A DNA stretch of 36,505 bases from an uncultured Deinococcales bacterium (GTDB lineage: Bacteria > Deinococcota > Deinococci > Deinococcales > JAAFIG01). Both the position numbers and the translations under genes were made by a program. Below, piece after piece: positions 18,600-26,661 of the stretch. The notes under the pieces are model-generated. The model was not told the DNA's origin, searched no databases, and was given only the letters and a program-made list of their open reading frames with translations. Position 1 is the first letter of the stretch, and each line of letters begins with the position of its first letter. The DNA lies in the NCBI GenBank assembly GCA_964244895.1, contig CAXTKV010000026.1:1-36505 (forward strand), in the 5' to 3' direction.

Positions 18600-19493
18600 A
18601 TGACCACCGTGACAGCGCTGCCCCCCGCCCCGCGCGAGAGCATCGAGACGCCCGCCCAGATCGCCTGGAGGCGCTTTCGCAAATCCGGCCCCGGACGGGT
18701 GGGCGCGATCATCACGGCCTTGTTCATCGTGCTGGCGTTGATCGCGCCGATCGCGCGACCCTACGATCCGACGACCGACGGCGACCTCAAGGTGCGCCTT
18801 CAGGCTCCCTCGAGCGCGCACTGGTTCGGTACGGACGATAACGGTCGAGATGTTGCGGTTCGCATCTGGCACGGCGCGCGCATCAGCTTGCGAGTCGGTG
18901 TCAGCGCGGTCGCCCTGGCCGCCGTTTTTGGCTCGATCATCGGACTGGCGGCAGGATTTTTTGGTGGTCGATTCGATATATTTGTCGGTTGGGCGACCGA
19001 TATTTTGCTGGCTTTTCCGGGCACGCTGCTGGCCATCGCCATCGTCGCGGTGCGCGGCCCCGGACTGGACAACACGCTGCTGGCCATCAGCGTCGTGCAG
19101 ATTCCCGTATACGTGCGCTTGGCCAGGGGTGCGGTCATCGGATTGCGCGAACTCGATTACGTGCAGGCCGCGAACGCCCTAGGCGCATCGCGTTACCGCG
19201 TGCTGTTCCGCCACCTGCTGCCAAATTCCTTGACGCCGTTGATCGTGCAATCCACGCTGTCCATCGCCACGGCCACACTCGAGGCCGCCGCGCTGGGCTT
19301 TCTGGGATTGGGTGCGCAACCGCCCGCGCCCGAGTGGGGCACGATGATCGCTGACGCCTTCCGGGGCGGTTACTGGAACAGCGCGCCGTGGACGACGATC
19401 TTTCCGGGCATCGCCATTTTGATCACCGTGCTCGGGTACAACCTGGTGGGTGACGGATTGCGCGACGTACTCGACCCTCGAGCCGTGAATTGA
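18600..19493 (+). CDS. dppC: Peptide ABC transporter permease
   Basis: HWFGTDDNGRD, GARISL, DYVQAANALGA..RHLLPN, PPAPEWG, GDGLRDVLDPR. Confidence 0.9.
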   Translation: MTTVTALPPAPRESIETPAQIAWRRFRKSGPGRVGAIITALFIVLALIAPIARPYDPTTDGDLKVRLQAPSSAHWFGTDDNGRDVAVRIWHGARISLRVGVSAVALAAVFGSIIGLAAGFFGGRFDIFVGWATDILLAFPGTLLAIAIVAVRGPGLDNTLLAISVVQIPVYVRLARGAVIGLRELDYVQAANALGASRYRVLFRHLLPNSLTPLIVQSTLSIATATLEAAALGFLGLGAQPPAPEWGTMIADAFRGGYWNSAPWTTIFPGIAILITVLGYNLVGDGLRDVLDPRAVN

Positions 19494-19504
19494 AGCTCGA
19501 GAAC

Positions 19505-19544
19505 ACCGTCCAGCACGCATTCTTAGATTCGTGCGCTGGACGGT
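19505..19544. repeat. Intergenic element, 40-bp form
   Basis: CTCGAGaac ACCGTC cagc ACG N14 tgc gctg GACGGT gttc, directly after the dppC stop. Confidence 0.88.
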
Positions 19545-19598
19545 GTTCTTCAAAGGGGGTCTCGAGGAGCGGGTGCTTTTGACGGTATGCTCTGCGGC

Positions 19599-20906
19599 GT
19601 GCCGAACACGACCTCAGCCCTGCCCGAACACCTCCAGATTGAACCGCTCGGGAAGCCCCTGAACGCGATCCTGACGCCGCCCGGATCGAAGTCGTACACG
19701 AACCGCGCCCTGATCCTGGCGGCGCTGGCGAGCGGTCAGAGCAGGCTGACGGGCGCGCTTTTTTCGGACGACACGCGCTTCATGGCGAGCGCCCTGCGAG
19801 ATCTGGGTTTCGAGGTCGTGGCAGACGAGGTCGCGAAGACCTTCACTGTCCGGGGCGGTGCGGGACGCGTGCCCAAAGACCGCGCCAGCGTGTTCGTCGG
19901 CAATTCCGGCACGACCGCCCGATCCTTGCCGCCGTTGATGGCGCTCGGTGCGGCCTCCGGCGAGGGTATCTATGAACTGGACGGCGTGCCAGCCATGCAA
20001 AAACGCCCGATCCAACCCCTGATCGACGCGCTCAACGCCCTCGGCGCGAGGGCTGAAAGCTTGAATGGAACGGGCTGCCCGCCGATCCGCGTGACATCGA
20101 GTGGCGTGCGCGGCGGACGGTTCTCGATGCGCGGCGACCTGTCCAGCCAGTACTTCACGGGATTGGTGATGAGCGCACCGTATTTTCAGACGGGTTTGAC
20201 GCTGGATGTCGAGGGCGATCTGGTCAGCAAGCCGTACCTCGAGATGACCGCTCAGGCCATGCGCGCCTTTGGTGCGACCCTCGAGATCGATGATTTCAAG
20301 CGTTTTCACGTCGCACCCGGTGCCTACACCGCGACGACGTACGCCATCGAGCCGGATGCCAGCGCCGCCAGTTACTTCTTCGCGGCTGCCGCCGTCACCA
20401 ACGGGCGCGTGACCGTGCCGGGATTGGGTTCGCAGTCCTTGCAGGGCGATCTGGGTTTCGTGCGCGTGCTGGAACAGATGGGCTGCACGGTCAGGATGAC
20501 GGACGCGCAAACCGAAGTCATCGGCGCGTCGAACTTGCGCGGTGTGGACGTGGACATGTCGCAGCTTTCCGATACCGCGCAGACGCTGGCCGCTGTGGCA
20601 CCCTTCGCGGATGGCCCAACCCGAGTCACGGGCATCGGTTTCATCCGGCGCAAGGAAACCGACCGGATCGGAGCCGTGGTGCGCGAGTTGAACCGTCTCG
20701 GCATCCGCGCGCTCGAGGAGGACGATGGCTTCGTGGTGTATCCCGGCGCGCCGCAGCCCGCGTCCGTGCAGACCTACGACGACCACCGCATGGCGATGAG
20801 TTTCGCCGTGCTGGGCTTGCGCGCTCCGGGCGTGACGATTCTCGATCCGGGCTGCGTCTCGAAGACCTTCCCAGATTTTTTTGACGTGCTTCAAAGCCTG
20901 CATTGA
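19599..20906 (+). CDS. aroA: 3-phosphoshikimate 1-carboxyvinyltransferase (EPSP synthase)
   Basis: PGSKSYTNRAL, GNSGTTAR, SSQY, EPDASAASYF, RKETDRI, DDHRMAM, KTFPDFF; start set at GTG 19599 from TATGCT-N7 (alternative ATG 19587). Confidence 0.95.
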   Translation: MPNTTSALPEHLQIEPLGKPLNAILTPPGSKSYTNRALILAALASGQSRLTGALFSDDTRFMASALRDLGFEVVADEVAKTFTVRGGAGRVPKDRASVFVGNSGTTARSLPPLMALGAASGEGIYELDGVPAMQKRPIQPLIDALNALGARAESLNGTGCPPIRVTSSGVRGGRFSMRGDLSSQYFTGLVMSAPYFQTGLTLDVEGDLVSKPYLEMTAQAMRAFGATLEIDDFKRFHVAPGAYTATTYAIEPDASAASYFFAAAAVTNGRVTVPGLGSQSLQGDLGFVRVLEQMGCTVRMTDAQTEVIGASNLRGVDVDMSQLSDTAQTLAAVAPFADGPTRVTGIGFIRRKETDRIGAVVRELNRLGIRALEEDDGFVVYPGAPQPASVQTYDDHRMAMSFAVLGLRAPGVTILDPGCVSKTFPDFFDVLQSLH

Positions 20907-20915
20907 TCTCGAGAC

Positions 20916-20956
20916 ACCGTGCTGGACAGCGTTTGCTGGTATGCGTGCTGAACGGT
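20916..20956. repeat. Intergenic element, 41-bp form flanked by CTCGAG on both sides
   Basis: CTCGAG(20908)ac ACCGTG ctgg ACA N15 CGT gctg AACGGT gttt CTCGAG(20961). Confidence 0.8.
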
Positions 20957-21017
20957 GTTTCTCGAGTTCGTAACGTGGATGGCCACGCGTCGGAGCCATT
21001 CATTCTAGACTCGAGCC

Positions 21018-21557
21018 ATGACTGAAACCATTACGCTGGGCGGCGGTTGCTTCTGGTGTCTGGAACCCGTGTACGACGAACTCGAGGGCGTCACGGACGT
21101 GGTTTCGGGTTACGCGGGTGGACGCAGCGCCAACCCGAGTTACGAGCAGGTCTGCACCGGGCAGACCGGTCACGCCGAAGTCGTGCAGATCGAGTTTGAC
21201 CCGAGCAACGTCAGTTTGCGCGAAATCCTCGAGATTTTTTTCGTGATTCACGACCCGACGACCCTGAACCGTCAGGGCAACGATGTCGGTACGCAGTACC
21301 GCAGCGTGATTTACTACCGTTCCCCGGAACAAAAAGCGGTCGCAGAGGAAGTCATCGGGCAATTCGAGACGCTCAACGTCTGGGATGCGCCGATCGTGAC
21401 CGAAGTTTCACCGATGCCCGCGTTCTATCCCGCCGAGGATTACCACCAGAACTACTACGTGAATCACCCGGAGCAGGGCTATTGCCGCGTGATTATCGCG
21501 CCGAAGGTGGCCAAATTCCGTCAGCGCTACGCGCAGCGTCTGAAGGCGAGCGCCTAG
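21018..21557 (+). CDS. msrA: Peptide-methionine (S)-S-oxide reductase
   Basis: GGCFWC, SGYAGG, TGHAE, HDPTTLNRQGNDVGTQYRS, AEDYHQNY; TAGACT-N6-ATG. Confidence 0.96.
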   Translation: MTETITLGGGCFWCLEPVYDELEGVTDVVSGYAGGRSANPSYEQVCTGQTGHAEVVQIEFDPSNVSLREILEIFFVIHDPTTLNRQGNDVGTQYRSVIYYRSPEQKAVAEEVIGQFETLNVWDAPIVTEVSPMPAFYPAEDYHQNYYVNHPEQGYCRVIIAPKVAKFRQRYAQRLKASA

Positions 21558-21609
21558 GCGCCGGCTCGTACCTTTTCAGCGCGGTGTCGCCAGCGTCGGA
21601 CGCCGGCGA

Positions 21610-22086
21610 TCAGCGGATCAACGTCAGGCGCGGGTTCAACTCCTGGGTCGCCCGAGGATTCGGCCACGAACCGGGTACGGTTCCGAACGCGATCCGATCC
21701 AGCGCGCGCCCCACGATCCCGCGTTCCATCGGTTTGAAAATCAAGGCTTCAGCCTTGACGGGCTTGCTGGCGTCGTAGGTGCGGGTGTTGTGAATGCCGG
21801 TCGTGACGATCACCGGGACGTGTTTGAATCGGCTGACGCGTTTCATGCGCGCGCAGATGTCAATTCCGTTCAGAGCGCTCAAGTCCGCGCTCAGGATCGC
21901 GCCGATGGGCGTGATGCGCCGGAGAACTTCCATGGCCTGTTCGCCGCTGGTCACGACTTCGGTGCGCAGTCCGCGTTCGGCGGCTTGCGTGCGGAGCTGG
22001 TCGATGGTTTCGCGCTGGGTTTCGGCGATCAGGATGAACGGCGCGTTGACTGGCGGGTGACTACCGGAGCGATGAGTGGCTTGCAC
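21610..22086 (-). CDS. Single-domain response regulator receiver, atypical (pseudo-receiver)
   Basis: ILIAE, SGEQAM, NGIDICARMK, PVIVTT, FKP receiver pattern; Ser at the phospho-Asp position; start uncertain. Confidence 0.72.
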   Translation of the reverse strand: MQATHRSGSHPPVNAPFILIAETQRETIDQLRTQAAERGLRTEVVTSGEQAMEVLRRITPIGAILSADLSALNGIDICARMKRVSRFKHVPVIVTTGIHNTRTYDASKPVKAEALIFKPMERGIVGRALDRIAFGTVPGSWPNPRATQELNPRLTLIR

Positions 22087-22391
22087 GCAGAATAGTGTGA
22101 AACTTCCGACCTTTCAAATTACTGACAAATCAGTTCAGTGACTTCCCGTCAGGTCATCAACGGGTGATTTCTGAACCCACTTTTGCTCGAGCACAACGGC
22201 TCACGCGGCGGTATTCAAAGACGTTGACGCGCGAGACCCACCATCCGCATTGTGGGGCAGCCAGAGAGCCCCTGTGCACGTCGAGGATTCTGCGAGCCTC
22301 TGTAGACTCATTTCTGCACGACCCAGAGAACGCTCCAGACGATAAAAAGATTCCCGAAGCTCGAGATTCGCGCCCTGAACGGTCTCAAGAA

Positions 22392-23852
22392 TCAATGTTT
22401 AACCAGCACCATGCCTGAACGCTGCGGGACGTGACCTAAAGTGCGCTTGCCGGAGCGCACCTCGAAGCGCGTTCCGCTGAAAAAATCGATGTACACGCCG
22501 TCGTCCACGCCATCGAGTGGCACGTTGTGCGTCCTCGTGTCCGCATTGATGACCACGATGGCCGTGCTGGAACCGTCGCTCAGTTTGCGCTCGAAGGCGT
22601 AAGTCATACCGTGCGCGTGAACCGTGCGGTACGCGCCGCGCCGCAGCGCCGGAATGGATTTGCGCATCCGAATCGCGGTTCTGGTGAAGTCCAGAATTTC
22701 AATGTTCCAACGCGCTTCGTCCCAGACCATGCCGCGCCGACAATCGGGATCGCGTCCGCCCTCCAGACCGATCTCGTCGCCGTAGTAAATGCACGGCGCG
22801 CCCGGAAAGCTCATCTGCACCAACGTCATGAGTTTCAACGCGCTGACATCGTTGTCAACGATCGAGAGCACGCGCGGCGTGTCGTGCGAGCCGAGCAAAT
22901 TGAGTTGCGCCAGCGTGATCTCCCAGGGGTACAGACTGAACAAGCGCTCCGTCTCGCGCGCGAAGCGTTCGGCATCCATGCTGCCCAGGTGCTTCAAGCC
23001 GGATTCCGCCGTGATGTCCTTACGGATCGTTTTTCCGGCCAGGAACTCGTAGGTGATGGTCGTGAAGATGTAATTCATGACCGCGTCGAACTGGTCGCCG
23101 GAGAGCCAGCGTTGCGCTTCCGTCCAGATTTCACCGACGATATACGCGTCCGGGTTGGCGCGCTTGACGCGCCGCCTGAACTCCTGCCAGAAGGCATCAT
23201 CATCGATCTCGTTGGGCACGTCCAGACGCCAGCCGTCCACGCCGAATTTGATCCAGTCCTCGGCCACGCCCCACAGAAATTCGCGCACGGCAGATGAAGC
23301 CGTGTTGAACTTCGGTAAGGCCGCGTAGCCCCACCAGGCGTCGTAATTCGGGGCTTCTCGCGGGTCGTAGGCGTGCAACGGGTGTCCCTTGACGTTGAAC
23401 CAATCCAGGTACGGGCTCTGCGGCCCATTCTCGAGGATGTCGTGAAACTGAAAAAACCCCCGCGAGGCGTGGTTAAAAACACCGTCCAGCACGACCCTGA
23501 TGCCTTTGGTGTGGGCGCGCGCGATCAGTTCCTTGAGGGCCGCGTTGCCGCCCAGCATCGGATCTACGCTGCGGTAATCGTGCGTGTGGTAGCGATGGTT
23601 TGACCCGGACTGGAAGACCGGGCAGAAGTAGATCGCGTTGACGCCCAGGTTCTCGAGGTGATCGAGCTTCTCGACCACACCCAGCAAATCCCCGCCCTTG
23701 TAGCCGTGAATCGTCGGTTTCGCGTCCCACTCCTCGAGCCCACCCGACTTCAGCACGCGAGAGGACGCGGCGAAGCGATCCGGGAAGATCTGATAGAAAA
23801 TCGCGTCCTTGACCCAATCGGGTGTGCTGATGCGGTTCTGAAGGTCTGACAC
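22392..23852 (-). CDS. GH13 neopullulanase/cyclomaltodextrinase-like alpha-glycosidase
   Basis: TPDWVKDAIFYQIFPDRF, LDGVFNH, GWRLDVP, GEIW, LGSHDT, YYGDEIG..DPDCRR; no N-terminal CBM; start set at GTG 23852 from TAAGAT-N7. Confidence 0.92.
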   Translation of the reverse strand: MSDLQNRISTPDWVKDAIFYQIFPDRFAASSRVLKSGGLEEWDAKPTIHGYKGGDLLGVVEKLDHLENLGVNAIYFCPVFQSGSNHRYHTHDYRSVDPMLGGNAALKELIARAHTKGIRVVLDGVFNHASRGFFQFHDILENGPQSPYLDWFNVKGHPLHAYDPREAPNYDAWWGYAALPKFNTASSAVREFLWGVAEDWIKFGVDGWRLDVPNEIDDDAFWQEFRRRVKRANPDAYIVGEIWTEAQRWLSGDQFDAVMNYIFTTITYEFLAGKTIRKDITAESGLKHLGSMDAERFARETERLFSLYPWEITLAQLNLLGSHDTPRVLSIVDNDVSALKLMTLVQMSFPGAPCIYYGDEIGLEGGRDPDCRRGMVWDEARWNIEILDFTRTAIRMRKSIPALRRGAYRTVHAHGMTYAFERKLSDGSSTAIVVINADTRTHNVPLDGVDDGVYIDFFSGTRFEVRSGKRTLGHVPQRSGMVLVKH

Positions 23853-24334
23853 GCGGTGCATCTTATCAAGGCCCAATCAAACGCACCTGCCGCCGCCCAT
23901 CGAGCCCGGTCACTCCGTGCGGAACGCCCGCCGCGAATTGACGGCTCAATGGGCTCGAGGTTTCGCTTCCAGCACGGTGTTCCAGGAGCCTCGTTACTGG
24001 GTCGTGACCGGAGCGGCGTTACCTTGCTGCTCGAGGCGCACACCATCAGGAGGTTCAGATGAACCGTTAGCGCACTGCGGCCATTGATCCAACCACAATT
24101 TCTATCAGCCGCATTTCTTCACGAATCGATGCCCTGCCCTCAGTTTTCAATTTTTTCAAAAATCTGAATAACCCGCGCTGGACGGTATATTAAACGCGTA
24201 GGGCTCGGGCAGATCCAGCAACGTGCAGGATCTTCACGGTACGAACCGGATTGCACGATTCGGGCAACAGACGCTCAACCCTCGAACACTTTTTTGTGAA
24301 GGCGCGCAATGCCTTCAACCACCCGGAGGTCAAC

Positions 24335-24778
24335 ATGAAAGCAGTCATCGCCATTGCCACGCTCGTTCTCGCCTCGGTTCTCAGCGCCTGCGGTTCGACC
24401 ACGGTTCCCGGCAAGATCGTCGAGGTCGGTCAGTCCGGCCCGCTGCTCGACAAGCTCTACGCCGGGTCTCTGGCGGGCAGCAAGACCGGGTTGACGCTCT
24501 ACGCGTTCGCCAACGACACCAAGGGCGGCACGACCAGCGCCTGCACCTCGAGCGCCTGCGCCACCAAGTGGCCCGCCTTGACCGTGACGGATGCCTCTCA
24601 GCTCGTCCCTGGGTCGGGTGCGGCCAAGGCGCTCGGCACGATTGCTCGCACCGATCTGGGCGCTGGCGTGCTGCAGGTCACGTATGACGGCAGCCCGCTG
24701 TACTTCTTCTCGGGCGATACCTCGACCGGTCAGATCAACGGCGCGACCATCCAAAATTGGTCGCTGGTCGCCAAGTAA
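24335..24778 (+). CDS. Lipoprotein with Yx(F/W/Y)xxD repeats (COG4315-like)
   Basis: GGAGG RBS, lipobox LSAC, GLTLYAFAND, C...CA..WP, QVTYDGSPLYFFSGD. Confidence 0.85.
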   Translation: MKAVIAIATLVLASVLSACGSTTVPGKIVEVGQSGPLLDKLYAGSLAGSKTGLTLYAFANDTKGGTTSACTSSACATKWPALTVTDASQLVPGSGAAKALGTIARTDLGAGVLQVTYDGSPLYFFSGDTSTGQINGATIQNWSLVAK

Positions 24779-24796
24779 CGATCGGTTCCAGAAAAC

Positions 24797-24836
24797 ACCG
24801 TCCAGCGCGCAGAATTGATATTGCGTGCTGGACGGT
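24797..24836. repeat. Intergenic element, 40-bp form
   Basis: ACCGTC cagc GCG N14 CGT gctg GACGGT between convergent genes. Confidence 0.88.
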
Positions 24837-24953
24837 GTTTTTGGTGCGCCAGCGACTCGGGTTGCGCTCGGGCTGACTGAATCCTCGAGCTGCCTGCATC
24901 CTCGATGCGCTCGCGCCGACCATTCTCGAGATCGAGCAAACGCCGTGCATCGT

Positions 24954-25949
24954 TCAACCGAGCCCTCGAGCCCTCGCCCAGGCCGCCAGCAAGGTCTTCG
25001 CCGTCGCGAGATCGGATGCGTCGCCGCTTTCTTCGGCCTCTTTCAGGAATTCCAGCGCCTGCCCGACGGCCCTGCCCGGCTTGAGCTTCAAGAACGCCAT
25101 GACCTCGCGCCCGTCCATCAGCGGTTTGATGGTGTCGTGCTCCTTCATCGCTTGGAGCACCCGATCCATGCCCTGCTGGTACGTCCGCCGGGATTGTTCG
25201 CTCGATAAGGGGCCGCGCGCGGCTTCCCGATCCGCCAGCATGACTTGCAGCAGTTCCGGCAGGATGACGCGGTTGCGGTTGACGAAACGCCGCGCTTGGC
25301 GTTCGTCGCCGGGCAGGCGCAGCATGTGCCGATCCACCATCCGCGAGGCGCGTTCAATCAGGGTTTCGTCGTAACCGAGCCGGGTCAAGATTTCACGCGC
25401 GATGGTCGCGCCCAGTTGATCGTGCCCGAAAAAACTCCAGCGCTCGCGCACCGCGTCCCAGCTTCTGGCGGCGGGCTTGCCGACATCGTGCAGGAGCGTC
25501 GCCCAGCGCGTCTCGAGCCTGGCCTGGGGGAAGACGATCACCAGTCGCCGGAGCGCCTCGATGCTGTGTTCCAGGACATCCAGGTGGTGCAATCCACCGA
25601 ACTGTTCCAGCCCCGCGCCCGCCTCGAGTTCCGGAATGCAGCGCGCCAGCAAGCCCAGATCGCGCACGACCTCGATGCCGCGCGCGGGATCTTTGGCCGA
25701 CATCAGCGCGCTCAATTCGTCTCGCACTGATTCGCGCAAGCCGGACGGATCGGGCGGGGTCGGATCGAGCGCCACCATCGCGCGCAGCGCCTCCGTCAGC
25801 CGCGAATCGAGCCTCAGGCCGCGCTCGGCGCACAACCGCGCGGCCACGAGCGGGCTGTCCTGATGATCGATCAACGCCTCGGGCTCGCCCGTCAGCCATC
25901 GTCCCCGAACGCTGAAACCGTGACCGGCGGGTCTGGAGCGCGTAAACAT
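24954..25949 (-). CDS. HD-domain protein resembling the body/tail of a CCA-adding enzyme, without the nucleotidyltransferase head
   Basis: ESVRDEL, LL..IPEL, HHLDVLEHS, LLHDVGKP, FFGHDQLGA, RHM, AD, PLMDGREVM..LKPGRAVG; no GGxVRD/DxD head; TAGACT-N7-ATG 25949. Confidence 0.82.
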   Translation of the reverse strand: MFTRSRPAGHGFSVRGRWLTGEPEALIDHQDSPLVAARLCAERGLRLDSRLTEALRAMVALDPTPPDPSGLRESVRDELSALMSAKDPARGIEVVRDLGLLARCIPELEAGAGLEQFGGLHHLDVLEHSIEALRRLVIVFPQARLETRWATLLHDVGKPAARSWDAVRERWSFFGHDQLGATIAREILTRLGYDETLIERASRMVDRHMLRLPGDERQARRFVNRNRVILPELLQVMLADREAARGPLSSEQSRRTYQQGMDRVLQAMKEHDTIKPLMDGREVMAFLKLKPGRAVGQALEFLKEAEESGDASDLATAKTLLAAWARARGLG

Positions 25950-25956
25950 TTCCGTC

Positions 25957-25977
25957 AGTCTACGGCCTCGGTATTCT
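25957..25977. promoter_or_regulatory. Back-to-back leaderless -10 elements
   Basis: TAGACT (minus, 25957-25962) 7 nt before ATG 25949; TATTCT (plus, 25972-25977) 6 nt before GTG 25984. Confidence 0.65.
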
Positions 25978-25983
25978 GTGCGG

Positions 25984-26661
25984 GTGACCGCGCTCTTTGA
26001 ACGCATCGCCGCCGCTTACGTGCGCGGCAAGATCGGCTCAATTCTGCCAGAAGCGCTTTCCGGTTCGGCGCTCGAGACCTTGACCCCCGATGACCTGAGC
26101 GCGATCCTCGAGGCCGGACGCGAGGCCGGGTTGCGGTTGCACCGCTTCAAACGCACGATGGGTCTGGCGCGCGTGGAACGCGTGCTGGGAGCGCTGCGCG
26201 GTCTGGCTCCGATGCGTTTGCTGGACATCGGTTCCGGTCGGGGCGCGTTTTTGTGGCCGCTCCTGGACGCGATGCCGTGGCTCGAGATCACCGCCTGCGA
26301 CACCCTGGCGCACCGCGTGGCGGACATTCAAGCTGTCAGCGACGGCGGATTTCCCAACCTGACAGCGCGGCTCGAGGACGCCACCGAACTGTCCTTCCCG
26401 GACTCGAGTTTCGACGCGGTGACGGCGCTCGAAGTCCTCGAACACATTCCCGACGCGCAGCGCGCGGTTTCGGAGGCCGTCCGGGTCGCGCGGCGGTTCG
26501 TGATCGCCAGCGTGCCATCGCAGCCGGATGACAACCCGGAGCACATCCACCTCTTTTCCAATACGGACCTGACCCGAATGTTCCAAGCGGCGGGCACGGT
26601 GCGCGTCAGTCTGGATGCCGTGCTGAACCACTCGATCGTCGTGGCGCGGGTCGAGGCGTGA
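25984..26661 (+). CDS. Class I SAM-dependent methyltransferase
   Basis: LLDIGSGRG motif I, EDATELSFPDSSFDAV, LEVLEH, EHIHLF; stop overlaps the ligase start (GTGA). Confidence 0.88.
   Translation: MTALFERIAAAYVRGKIGSILPEALSGSALETLTPDDLSAILEAGREAGLRLHRFKRTMGLARVERVLGALRGLAPMRLLDIGSGRGAFLWPLLDAMPWLEITACDTLAHRVADIQAVSDGGFPNLTARLEDATELSFPDSSFDAVTALEVLEHIPDAQRAVSEAVRVARRFVIASVPSQPDDNPEHIHLFSNTDLTRMFQAAGTVRVSLDAVLNHSIVVARVEA

Noticed and set aside
22201..22395. 64-aa ORF overlapping the GH13 stop
   Set aside because: TTG start, atypical codon usage and no recognisable motif; it cannot be supported.
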